A stretch of 64,000 nucleotides of DNA from Candidatus Chazhemtobacterium aquaticus (lineage in GTDB: Bacteria > Patescibacteriota > Microgenomatia > UBA1400 > Chazhemtobacteraceae), in contig NZ_CP047901.1 of assembly GCF_009936135.1 (NCBI RefSeq), positions 563,354-627,353 of the forward strand. The letters are read 5' to 3'. This document shows, in pieces, positions 10,857-19,295 of this stretch. A program made the position numbers and the translations under genes. Below the pieces are notes generated by a model, which was not told the origin of the DNA, ran no database searches, and saw nothing but the letters and a program-made list of their open reading frames with translations. Every line of letters starts with the position of its first letter. Within the stretch, counting starts at the first letter, position 1.

Positions 10857-11967
10857 ACTACTCCTCATCTGCCTTGCCTTTATCTGGCCTTTTGGTCAGC
10901 TGTTTGAAGTCCCTCTTTCTCATCCCCAGATTCATATCTATCTTCTAGACCTTATTTCTTTATCTCTTCTTCTTCTGGTCGTCCTAAACAAGAAAAACTG
11001 GCAGGTAATTAATAAGGACCCATTAACCAAGCCCTACCTCATCTTCACCTCAGTTGCTGCTTTTAGTTTACTGCTTGCCTCTTTTAGTCTCACCCCAACA
11101 GATCTGCTCATATCAGCCGCCTATCTTGTCCGCTGGCTCGTCTATCCTGGTATCTACTTTGCCTTAAGGATTTACTCCAAGCCCAATCTCACTCGTCACT
11201 ATCTTCTTCTCTCTCTTTTAGCCTTCACATTTTTGGGGTTTCTCCAGTATTTCTTCTTTCCTGATGTTCGCTCGCTGTTCTATTTAGGTTTTGATGACCA
11301 TTTTTATCGTTTAGTCGGCACCTTGTTTGATCCCAACTTTACTGGCTTGGTCTTGGTTGTCTTTACCCTTCTTCTGCTTCATCAACCAACTCCTCAAAAA
11401 TACTTGGTAGTCTTGTCTGCCATTGCTCTGGCCCTGACCTACTCCAGAGCCTCCTATCTAGCTCTCTTTGTTGCCCTAGTTTACCTAGGTCTTCGTCGTT
11501 TTAAGCCAGTCTACCTCGTTATATTCGCCCTTATATCCCTTAGTTTAGTTTTTTCCCCCAAGCCCTACGGAGAGGGAGTTAACCTGCTTCGCACCTTCTC
11601 CATCTCCTCCCGTCTTGAAGATTCCAGACAAGGCCTGAATTTGTTTGGTCAAAAACCCATACTCGGTCACGGCTTTAATACCTTAAAGAGTATTAAATCA
11701 GGCGATCCGCCCATTCCCTCACGAGCCCAAGGTGGTTTTAGTAACAGTTATGTTTTTGTACTGGTTACCACTGGTTTAGTTGGATTTGTCGCCTACCTTT
11801 ACCTACTCTGTTCTCTCTATACTCTCTTAAAACCCTCACCAGCCCTGACAGCTTCATTCATTAGCATACTGATTCACTCCTTCTTTAACCACAGCCTCTT
11901 CTACATCTTCATTCTTACTCTCCTCTTTGCTCTAGCCAGTCTGCCTAAGGGGTATAGAAAACTCTAA
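10819..11967 (+). CDS. O-antigen ligase/polymerase-family membrane protein (Wzy_C-like)
   Basis: Polytopic membrane protein. A late extracytoplasmic loop carries ILGHGFNTL, which resembles the Wzy_C/WaaL glycine-rich motif. It sits in a glycosyltransferase locus. Confidence 0.55.
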   Translation: MLESNSMSMHLPKLLLICLAFIWPFGQLFEVPLSHPQIHIYLLDLISLSLLLLVVLNKKNWQVINKDPLTKPYLIFTSVAAFSLLLASFSLTPTDLLISAAYLVRWLVYPGIYFALRIYSKPNLTRHYLLLSLLAFTFLGFLQYFFFPDVRSLFYLGFDDHFYRLVGTLFDPNFTGLVLVVFTLLLLHQPTPQKYLVVLSAIALALTYSRASYLALFVALVYLGLRRFKPVYLVIFALISLSLVFSPKPYGEGVNLLRTFSISSRLEDSRQGLNLFGQKPILGHGFNTLKSIKSGDPPIPSRAQGGFSNSYVFVLVTTGLVGFVAYLYLLCSLYTLLKPSPALTASFISILIHSFFNHSLFYIFILTLLFALASLPKGYRKL

Positions 11968-12661
11968 ACAATCTCTCAGTTACGTTGCCCGCATTGTCTA
12001 CTACTTTGATCACATAGTCATTGGCGCCCTCACTCATCACTGTTCGATACACAAAGTTACCTTCACTATCCACCTGGGCAAAGTTATCATTTACCGTGAC
12101 TCGATCCTCCGGCTCGTCAACCTTTCCCTGTATCTCCAGGTTCTTCTGATCCAATCCGTAGAACTGGTGCTCCTCATCCGGTGACGTTATCTCTACCACT
12201 GGTTTGCTTGTGTCCAGCACCACAGTCGCTACGGTGGTATCACTCTCATTATCCTGGTCATCAACAGTCTTAAGCTCTATTCTATTTTCATCGTTACTTA
12301 AGGAAACATTGGAGAACTCAAATCTGCCATCATTATCAGTTCGTTTTTCATCCAAGTCCATTCCATTTAGTTGTAACCTCACCCTCATATCTCCCAAACT
12401 ATATCCAGACACTTTAATTGAAGCACTGTAGGTTGCCTCAGGTAGGGGATCAAGCACAGGAGCTTGGGGTTTTAAGGTTGTTTGGGCTTCTTGTGTCATC
12501 TCCTCATCACCACTCCATACAGAGGCAATACTTATCAAAGCCGGTATACCCCACTTAATCAAACCAGCTACAAATACGATTGAGAGAAAGATATACAGCA
12601 CTGCCTGGCGGTTTGATTGTTTTCTTCTATGTCTCTCCAGGCGTGACAGTCTACGACTCAT
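11945..12661 (-). CDS. Hypothetical membrane-anchored protein with a beta-sandwich-like extracytoplasmic domain
   Basis: Basic N-terminus and one TM helix (AVLYIFLSIVFVAGLIKWGIPALISI), followed by a D/N/S/T-rich region with repeated beta-strand-like segments. Its 3' end overlaps the convergent upstream gene by 23 nt. Confidence 0.5.
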   Translation of the reverse strand: MSRRLSRLERHRRKQSNRQAVLYIFLSIVFVAGLIKWGIPALISIASVWSGDEEMTQEAQTTLKPQAPVLDPLPEATYSASIKVSGYSLGDMRVRLQLNGMDLDEKRTDNDGRFEFSNVSLSNDENRIELKTVDDQDNESDTTVATVVLDTSKPVVEITSPDEEHQFYGLDQKNLEIQGKVDEPEDRVTVNDNFAQVDSEGNFVYRTVMSEGANDYVIKVVDNAGNVTERLFRVFYTP

Positions 12662-12712
12662 AAGCGAATTCTAACATCTTCATCAACTTCCTGTAGTAAA
12701 ATATCCCCATCA

Positions 12713-12784
12713 GCGGGATTAGTTCAACGGTAGAACATTTGCTTCCCAAGCAAAAAACACGGGTTCAATTCCCGTATCCCGCTC
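12713..12784 (+). tRNA. tRNA-Gly(CCC)
   Basis: Manual cloverleaf: acceptor GCGGGAT/ATCCCGC, D-arm GTTCAACGGTAGAAC, anticodon stem TTGC/GCAA with loop TTCCCAA (anticodon CCC), T-arm GGGTTCAATTCCC. Confidence 0.85.
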
Positions 12785-12843
12785 ATAAAGTGACAGAAAT
12801 AAACACTAATTTACATTAACTGATACAATATAGATCAAACATC

Positions 12844-13077
12844 ATGAACAATACAAAATTTACTCTCTATGCTAAAAGAATACTGATAGCTATTATTGTA
12901 TATTTTATAGTGGGACTAATTTTAGGTTTTGTAGGCTTGCAGTTAAGATGTCAACATCCTATGTATTCATGTTGGAGTTTGAGTCAATATCTGACTGATC
13001 CTTGGTTGTTTTCAAATACTTTACTGTGGCCTTTTACTTTTATTGATGGGCTTGATAAAGCGAATATTATATTTTGA
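12844..13077 (+). CDS. Small hydrophobic protein (hypothetical)
   Basis: A 77-aa ORF with two predicted TM segments. No homology recognised. Confidence 0.3.
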   Translation: MNNTKFTLYAKRILIAIIVYFIVGLILGFVGLQLRCQHPMYSCWSLSQYLTDPWLFSNTLLWPFTFIDGLDKANIIF

Positions 13078-13200
13078 GAAAGCTTGAAATATTTAGATGT
13101 TCTTTAAGAGCCTGTAATTGCAGAACCAGATCTGGTTTGATATAGTCATCCAGGCTAAATAGGTTCGAGCAGTGTATCGTTACCCGCTCTAATACCTCAT

Positions 13201-14280
13201 TTACGAACCTGTCTTTCTCATTGGTCTGCTTGCTGTCAAGATTAGTTTGTCCAGTGTCAGGGGAGACAGTAACGAGATTATTTCCAGAGTGAAGATAGAT
13301 AACTCAAAGGCAGAGGGAATATTGTTGGTTATAAAAAATGCTCCCAGACCCACTACTGTCGAGTCAAACACTGCTCTTGAGAACATCTTCTTCTGAGTTG
13401 TCTCGATTATTTCTTCATCAATCCCCATTTTTTCAGCTTCATTACTTTGTCTAAAAATCTTCTGCGTTCCAAACCAAAGCAAGGTTCCAAAAGTGGCTAG
13501 AGCCGTGATTGTGTTAAGTGTTCGGTTGGGTATAGCTACACTCCCAGTAAAGATTCTTAAATCAAATGCTACTGGGAAATGCCTCCCTATCAACCAGGCC
13601 AGAACCAAAAAAAGAACCAGGTAAGCCAAAGAATAGCGGGTTGGTTGTTTTTTAACCTCTGCACCACGTTTCTGCTGGAAGTACTTGAAAGCCATTACCG
13701 TTGCCTGAATTAAAGCCAAACTCATCCACACCACCAATACTCCATACCAACCCATATCAATAGTTTTGCTAATGGCCGGGTAGGGGATCAAGAAGTTCAC
13801 TCCCTCGATTGGATAATCGGGGTAGGGGACAAAGTCATAAAGCCGAGAAGGGGCAATTCTTGTATTGTAAAAATCAGTTAAGAACAATCGTCCGATCGTC
13901 AAGAATGTCGTTAACTGAATTAAGAAATCTGTTAAATAAAACAAGAAAAATCTGTTTCCCTCATGAAACTCTTTCTTTACCTGAATCCGTTGCTGGCCCG
14001 AGGTATTAAGTTTACCAATGTTTTTCTGAAACTCTTTTATATTATCCGACCTGATCACCCGAAAAACTCTCAAAGGAATTAGCAAAAAAGTCTGTGTCAC
14101 ACCCAGTAAAATCACACTCACCCACATCTTGCCGGTTAGAGAATAGTACGAGAACAATAAACTGGCGTAGAAACGATACATCTCACCAGACACGAACACG
14201 TAAACCAGCCAGACAATAATCATCGCCGTCGCTACACTCGACAGCGTCAAAACCCTTATCCCTCCCTTATCTTTATTCAT
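13201..14280 (-). CDS. yidC: YidC/Oxa1-family membrane insertase-like protein (putative)
   Basis: Polytopic membrane protein. MWVSVILLGVTQTFLLIPLRV resembles the YidC TM2 region (GLAII..T.LIR..L.PL). QQRIQVKKEFHEGN...FLIQLTTFLTIGRLF resembles the YidC C1 loop/TM3 region. The assignment is from memory of family motifs. Confidence 0.4.
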   Translation of the reverse strand: MNKDKGGIRVLTLSSVATAMIIVWLVYVFVSGEMYRFYASLLFSYYSLTGKMWVSVILLGVTQTFLLIPLRVFRVIRSDNIKEFQKNIGKLNTSGQQRIQVKKEFHEGNRFFLFYLTDFLIQLTTFLTIGRLFLTDFYNTRIAPSRLYDFVPYPDYPIEGVNFLIPYPAISKTIDMGWYGVLVVWMSLALIQATVMAFKYFQQKRGAEVKKQPTRYSLAYLVLFLVLAWLIGRHFPVAFDLRIFTGSVAIPNRTLNTITALATFGTLLWFGTQKIFRQSNEAEKMGIDEEIIETTQKKMFSRAVFDSTVVGLGAFFITNNIPSAFELSIFTLEIISLLSPLTLDKLILTASRPMRKTGS

Positions 14281-14399
14281 CTTTACTTCTCAATTAGTTG
14301 CTGGCTCAGCATAGCCTATACCCAAATACCCCGTCAAATACGCCAAGAAAACTAAACCTTGCAATGATCATAAACTCCATGCTAACGTATTGGCGTACT

Positions 14400-14580
14400 T
14401 GCAAATCAAACCTTATCTAGGTGAAGCAGGGTGCAATTCCCTCACTGTCGCGCAACGGTAATAGTCCGAGCCCTATCTAAGGATTTTTGTATACGTAGCT
14501 AAGCTCGCGGAAAGCTAACCAGTTGCTGAAAACAGTAATTGTTTTTTAACAAGTCCCGCTTAGAGGGACTTTTTTTTGTA
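14400..14580 (+). promoter_or_regulatory. Candidate cobalamin (B12) riboswitch-like leader with intrinsic terminator
   Basis: GGTGAAGCAGGGTGCAATTCCCTCACTGTCGCGCAACGGTAATAG matches conserved cobalamin-riboswitch core strings (GnGAA; GGUGnAAnUCC; CnGnCGCGCnnCGGUAA). Compare the E. coli btuB leader AGUGCGAAUCUGGAGCUGACGCGCAGCGGUAAGG. A partial B12-box-like AGTCCGAGCCC (14467-14477) follows. The element ends in a terminator hairpin and lies 30 nt before a DUF4430 gene. Confidence 0.45.
14551..14577 (+). terminator. Rho-independent terminator / attenuator hairpin
   Basis: AAGTCCCGCTTAGAGGGACTT is a perfect 7-8 bp stem with a GCTTAGA loop, followed by TTTTTTT. It sits 33 nt upstream of the ATG at 14611. 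Confidence 0.7.
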
Positions 14581-14610
14581 TATCTCCCGTCTTAGTCTGC
14601 GTTACCCACT

Positions 14611-15258
14611 ATGCAGACTCAACTAAAAAAAATTCTACCCTTACTTATAGTCCTTACCGGACTTACTCTCACTGGCGCCTTTACCTACGGACTGTCTCTT
14701 GTCTTACCTCCACTTGAATCAAACCCTGTTAAATCTATATCGTTAACCGAAACCGATCCAACACCTACACCAGCTCCCCAAGACTCCAAACTTGATCCTG
14801 ACTCAATCACCATTACTCCTACACCTACTCCTACCACTCTCTCTGCTAACGATACCAAGCCCACTTCTCAAATCACTCCAGCATCAACACCCATCCCAAC
14901 AAACCCTCCCACACCTACTCCTACTACCCCACCCACCACTACTCCAGCTCCGACCCCCCGACTTAAGCTCACCCTCCAGATTGATAACGATCCACCCTTC
15001 AATCTTGAACTCGATTCACCCAAAAATCACTGCCAGGTTTTAGAAGCCGCTTTAGCTCAAGGTAAATTAAGCTCTCTTAACCTTAAGTTTTTCCCCTCCC
15101 TCTCCTCCTACGCTGTTTATCAAATCAACGGTCTAGGAGACACCAACCAAGTCTGGTGGACCTACTCAGTTAACGGTCAACAACCACCCTATGGTTGTAG
15201 CCAAGTCATGGTCAATCAAGGCGATGTTATTCACTGGACCTACGCCGGTCCCCGTTAA
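14611..15258 (+). CDS. Secreted/anchored DUF4430 protein (transcobalamin/intrinsic-factor beta-domain-like) with a Pro/Thr-rich linker
   Basis: N-terminal signal/anchor (LPLLIVLTGLTLTGAF) and a PT-rich linker. The C-terminal about 100 aa (LKLTLQIDNDPPF...VLEAAL...AVYQINGLGD...VWWTYSVNGQQPPYGCSQVMVNQGDVIHWTY) fits the DUF4430 pattern (..Ing..W.Y.VNG...G.....GD.i.W.Y). Confidence 0.6.
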   Translation: MQTQLKKILPLLIVLTGLTLTGAFTYGLSLVLPPLESNPVKSISLTETDPTPTPAPQDSKLDPDSITITPTPTPTTLSANDTKPTSQITPASTPIPTNPPTPTPTTPPTTTPAPTPRLKLTLQIDNDPPFNLELDSPKNHCQVLEAALAQGKLSSLNLKFFPSLSSYAVYQINGLGDTNQVWWTYSVNGQQPPYGCSQVMVNQGDVIHWTYAGPR

Positions 15259-15264
15259 ACTTAT

Positions 15265-16575
15265 ATGAAACATCTCAAATCATTCATTATTATCTCAATC
15301 ACCCTATTTATCTCCCTTAGGGTAGGCTCATCCGTGTTCGCCAACACTACTGCCATCTCCGAGGCTCTAACATATCTTCAAAGCCAACAAGCAAGCACTG
15401 GTCAGATCAACGGTAGGGGAGGGGAGTCTGACTGGGCCGCTATCGCCTTTTCTCAAAACGGCCTTCCTGCCTCTTCTGTCAAATCAGGTGACACCTCTTT
15501 ATATGACTTCCTTCTCTCAGACCTACCTGCATCTGACTCAGCTGCCACCGTCTGGGAACGCAAAATCATTACCATTGTCTCTCTTAACCAAGACCCCACC
15601 GATTTTGCTGGACACAACTACCTAAGCTCCCTTGAGTCGCTTGCTCTAAATGGGCAACTAGGTGATGAGACTCTTCTAAACGATGACATTTTTGGGTTAC
15701 TTGCTCTTCTCTCTGCCTCATCGACCAACAATGAGTTGATTGAGTCGGTTCTTGATTTCCTCATTACTCACCAAGACCCCAGTGGTGGTTTTAGTTGGAC
15801 CACTAACACCTGCGACCGGTGTTCTCCTGACAGCAATGACACCGCAGCCGCTATCCAAGCCCTCCATCTGGCCAAAACATCAGGTTTTACCCATCCCCAA
15901 CTTGAAGACAGTCTCTCTCAAGCCCAAACATATTTACTAGAGTCACAAACAGAATCTGGCGGTTTTGCCTACGACCCCAATACGCCTACTCCCGATGGTG
16001 CCTCTACCTCCTGGGCTCTCATGGCATTAAATATGCTTGGTCTCTCTGACTCTTCTCAGGCTTTAAAGGCTACAGATTGGTTACTCTCACAACAACAAGC
16101 CGACGGTAGTTTCCCCTGGTCAGCTGAGTATGGCAGCGACCCCACTACAACCAGTCATGCCCTGATTGCTCTAAACTCGGCCTGGTGGACCAAGCAGTCT
16201 CCCGATCCTTCTCAAACACCTACTCCTACTTTGACACCAACACCAACTCCTACTCCCACCTCTACCACTACCCCAGAGCCTACAGCTACTCCTACGCCTA
16301 CTCCTACTCAAACACCTACATTAACACCCTCACCCACAACTACTCCACAACCCCTGCTTCTAGGCTCAAAAGACTCTAGAGCCCCTCTACCCACTCCATC
16401 ACCCGATCAACAGCCAGAAGATACATCCAATCAACCCCTTGTCACTAATGATACTAACGGGCTAAAATCTCCATCAGTATCTACCTCTATTTCATATATC
16501 CCCACCCTAGCTGTTATATTAGGCATCATTACTCTATTCGCTGTCATTAAAATTTACGAACGCAAAAAAACATGA
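15265..16575 (+). CDS. Surface-anchored prenyltransferase/squalene-cyclase-repeat (alpha/alpha-toroid) protein
   Basis: Signal peptide present. Repeated QW-type motifs (HQDPSGGFSW, ESQTESGGFAY, QQQADGSFPW; TAAAIQAL, TSWALMAL, TSHALIAL). A TPTPTPT linker leads to a C-terminal TM anchor (LAVILGIITLFAVIKIYERKKT). Confidence 0.6.
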   Translation: MKHLKSFIIISITLFISLRVGSSVFANTTAISEALTYLQSQQASTGQINGRGGESDWAAIAFSQNGLPASSVKSGDTSLYDFLLSDLPASDSAATVWERKIITIVSLNQDPTDFAGHNYLSSLESLALNGQLGDETLLNDDIFGLLALLSASSTNNELIESVLDFLITHQDPSGGFSWTTNTCDRCSPDSNDTAAAIQALHLAKTSGFTHPQLEDSLSQAQTYLLESQTESGGFAYDPNTPTPDGASTSWALMALNMLGLSDSSQALKATDWLLSQQQADGSFPWSAEYGSDPTTTSHALIALNSAWWTKQSPDPSQTPTPTLTPTPTPTPTSTTTPEPTATPTPTPTQTPTLTPSPTTTPQPLLLGSKDSRAPLPTPSPDQQPEDTSNQPLVTNDTNGLKSPSVSTSISYIPTLAVILGIITLFAVIKIYERKKT

Positions 16576-17147
16576 TTAACACCACCATTATCCTAGGCGG
16601 AATTATTTTAAGACTTGTTCCACACCTACCCAATTTCTCCTCCATCAGCGCTACTGCACTGTTTGCCGGTACCAAGCTACCTCGCCGTTACGCTTTTATC
16701 TTGCCTTTAGTCATAGCCGTCGTCTCTGACTATCTTCTCCTTTACGTTAATCCTTTCGCAATTCCCATCCTTGACTTGTCTGGCATCAAACCCATTTCAG
16801 CCATGTTTCATGCCACCACCCTTTATGTCTGGGGTAGCTTCTTACTTTCAGGCTTAATTGGTCTGTGGTTACGTCGCCACTTTAAAGCCAGTAACTTGGT
16901 TTTAGCCTCTCTGATTACCTCCCTTCAGTTCTTTCTGATTACCAACTTCGGTGTCTGGGCTGCCGGAGCATATAGTCGAGGAATTGATGGTCTTGTAACC
17001 AGTTACGCCATGGGTCTACCTTTCCTGCGTTGGACTATGTTAGGTGATCTTTTCTACAGTTCAGTTTTCTTCTCTATTCACGCCTTTGCTACTAGAACAA
17101 GCACCAAGGTTAGTCCAGCTACTCTAAAAGCTCGTGTCCAAAACTAG
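16572..17147 (+). CDS. Small polytopic membrane protein, ECF-transporter S-component-like (BioY-like N-terminal motif)
   Basis: 191 aa with 5-6 TM helices. LPNFSSISATALFAGTKLPRR parallels the BioY signature PVPITLQTLAVMLAGLILGPR. It is translationally coupled to the preceding gene by a 4-nt overlap. Confidence 0.35.
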   Translation: MINTTIILGGIILRLVPHLPNFSSISATALFAGTKLPRRYAFILPLVIAVVSDYLLLYVNPFAIPILDLSGIKPISAMFHATTLYVWGSFLLSGLIGLWLRRHFKASNLVLASLITSLQFFLITNFGVWAAGAYSRGIDGLVTSYAMGLPFLRWTMLGDLFYSSVFFSIHAFATRTSTKVSPATLKARVQN

Positions 17148-17844
17148 TTCCACTAAATTACTCACCCAGCTTGAATCAGTTGAGGGCTGGCTTCGTGACG
17201 ATGAGGCTATATTACTCAACCAACTAGCTGCTCAAGCCACTCCTGTCACCATCATTGTCGAGATTGGTTCCTGGAAGGGTAAATCAACCATCGCTCTTGC
17301 TCTATCTGCCAAGGTTCCAGTCTACGCCATCGATCCTCATACCGGCTCTCCTGAACACCATCAAAAAGGTAAATCTGTTGATACCTACAAGGACTTTTTA
17401 AACAACATCGAAAGCCATAACCTGACCAAAAAGGTTAAGCCTTTACGTCTCACCTCCAAAGAAGCTGCCAAGAAGATCAACAAGCCTATCAGTCTGCTCT
17501 TCATCGACGGCGATCACTCTTACCAAGCAGTTAGCCAAGACTTTAAAGATTACTACCCCAAGCTTCAACTGGGTGGCACCATCGCCTTTCATGACACCAT
17601 CAGCTGGCCCGGGCCTCGCAAACTTGTTACTCAACAGTTGTATTTTGGCAATCACTTTAAAAATATCCGTCTAGTTGGCTCCATTACCTACGCTCAAAAA
17701 ACCTTGTCTCTCACTATTATTGACAGACTTAAAAACTTATCCGCCTATATTCTCCGCTTACTACGAAATCTGATAGCCACCATTCCCATGCCCAGGTCCA
17801 TAAAGACTGTTCTCAAAGATATCTTCCAACGTCTTCAAGCTTAA
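17134..17844 (+). CDS. Class I SAM-dependent methyltransferase (Methyltransf_24/O-MTase-like)
   Basis: VEIGSWKGKSTIALA (motif I) and LLFIDGDHSYQAVSQDFKDY...GGTIAFHD are typical of CmcI/Methyltransf_24-type SAM methyltransferases. Confidence 0.55.
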   Translation: MSKTSSTKLLTQLESVEGWLRDDEAILLNQLAAQATPVTIIVEIGSWKGKSTIALALSAKVPVYAIDPHTGSPEHHQKGKSVDTYKDFLNNIESHNLTKKVKPLRLTSKEAAKKINKPISLLFIDGDHSYQAVSQDFKDYYPKLQLGGTIAFHDTISWPGPRKLVTQQLYFGNHFKNIRLVGSITYAQKTLSLTIIDRLKNLSAYILRLLRNLIATIPMPRSIKTVLKDIFQRLQA

Positions 17845-17883
17845 TCAGTACTCGTGCATATCTAAACAAAAAACAAACAATAG

Positions 17884-18372
17884 CTATAGCGCTTTTTCAA
17901 TCTTTGACTTTAATTCCTTTGGTGAAATACGAACCGTGTGAATACCTGCAATAAAACCAGAGAAGCCGTTCATTACTTGACGATCAATTCTTGGTATTAC
18001 CTGCCAGTGAAGATGTCTTACAGAAGAACCTGAATCAGGCCCAACATTAAAACCAACATTAAACGACTTAGTCTCAAAGACTTTAGATAGAATTGCCTTT
18101 GTCTCCTCAACCTTTTCTTTCAATTCTTTCCACTCATTTTCATATAAATCTGAAGTATCCTCGACGTGTCGTTTAGTCACCAACATCAAATTACCATCAA
18201 GAATCGGGTACTGATTAACAAAAACCATCCAATAACTCCCTTCAAGTAGCTTTATATTTTGTTTCTCAATAATCTCTTGATTGCAAAATGGGCAAACATC
18301 ACTGTTATAGCTGTGGTGATATTTTTGTCTATACGGATTATGAACCTTGATCACGACATCTAAGAATAACAC
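17884..18372 (-). CDS. HIT-family (histidine triad) hydrolase
   Basis: Zinc-ribbon-like CPFCN at the N-terminus and the C-terminal histidine triad VRHLHWQVIPR (HxHxQ). Confidence 0.75.
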   Translation of the reverse strand: MLFLDVVIKVHNPYRQKYHHSYNSDVCPFCNQEIIEKQNIKLLEGSYWMVFVNQYPILDGNLMLVTKRHVEDTSDLYENEWKELKEKVEETKAILSKVFETKSFNVGFNVGPDSGSSVRHLHWQVIPRIDRQVMNGFSGFIAGIHTVRISPKELKSKIEKAL

Positions 18373-18512
18373 AAATTGATACCCCAGAATTTGCTTGTCT
18401 TACTTCCTCATGTGTACTAAAAGAAACCCTTAACCTCTACGTCAATCAATACCTTAAGTCACATTCATCCATTGATATGGTCAACTGCTCAGAACGGCTA
18501 TAATCATCCTAG

Positions 18513-19295
18513 ATGAGAATCTCAACATATAAAGACAGTTTGATTTTTGGACTAACTCAGGTAACAAACTATCGCAGCGAAGTTTGGCTTATGGTTTTAA
18601 ACAAAGCCATATATTTAGGGGGCATTATTTTTCTCTGGTCATTAATAGGCAAGTCCGCCTCAGTGGGTGTCAATTCGCTTGTTTCATATTTTTTAATCGC
18701 CAATGGCGTCCAAGGCCTTGTTGACGCGGAATCGCTTCGATTTACCAGAACTTTAAATGAGGAAATTAAGACTGGAACCTTAAGTGCTCATTTACTTCGT
18801 CCAATCAATCCAGTCATTTTCTTATACACCTCATTTCTTGGAACTCGTGGCGTGATAATTTTAATGGCTATCCTCTTAGCCGTTACAGGCTTTTTGTTCC
18901 TTCCATCATTCTCGATTATTCAATTTATCCTTTTTTTAATCAGTGTTTTTCTCGCTTTCATAATCAGTTTTATTTTCAACCTTTTGGTAGGCAGTTTAAC
19001 TTTTTGGAGTCCAGAGGCCAATCACCTTCAAAACGTAGCCTCTCACTTTATTCGTGTCTTTGGTGGAGTTCTTATTCCCATCACTTTCTTCTCCGATAAG
19101 ATTAAACAAATTCTATTACTCACTCCGCTTCCTGCCATCGCTTATCTTCCCTCGATCATCATGCAAACACACAGTCTCAATAAAGATATTCTAACCTCGT
19201 TTTTAAGTACTATTTTTTGGATCGGAATCCTATTACCATTTAGTTTTTTTGTCTGGCGATCAGGTTTGAAACGCTATGAAGCAGTCGGTATTTGA
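18513..19295 (+). CDS. ABC-2 type transporter permease (DUF990/ABC2_membrane_6-like)
   Basis: Six predicted TM helices. It is operonic with a second permease and an ABC ATPase. Confidence 0.55.
   Translation: MRISTYKDSLIFGLTQVTNYRSEVWLMVLNKAIYLGGIIFLWSLIGKSASVGVNSLVSYFLIANGVQGLVDAESLRFTRTLNEEIKTGTLSAHLLRPINPVIFLYTSFLGTRGVIILMAILLAVTGFLFLPSFSIIQFILFLISVFLAFIISFIFNLLVGSLTFWSPEANHLQNVASHFIRVFGGVLIPITFFSDKIKQILLLTPLPAIAYLPSIIMQTHSLNKDILTSFLSTIFWIGILLPFSFFVWRSGLKRYEAVGI

Noticed and set aside
14281-14610. A 330-nt gap between divergent genes considered as a stand-alone small RNA (RNase P RNA, tmRNA, SRP/4.5S, 6S).
   Set aside because: An RNase-P-like string AGTCCGAGCCC occurs, but the P4 5'-strand / GGUGAAA order is wrong and the region is too short. 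No GGAA-tetraloop helix-8 SRP motif. No tRNA-like acceptor/T-arm pairing for tmRNA. The cobalamin-riboswitch core strings plus a terminator-before-gene layout fit better.
14750-16380. Apparent DNA tandem repeats (ACTCCTAC… / CCTACTCCT…) that could be mistaken for a repeat array or CRISPR.
   Set aside because: They sit inside ORFs and encode Pro/Thr-rich linkers (TPTPTPT). There is no unique-spacer structure and no cas genes. No CRISPR array is evident anywhere in the window.
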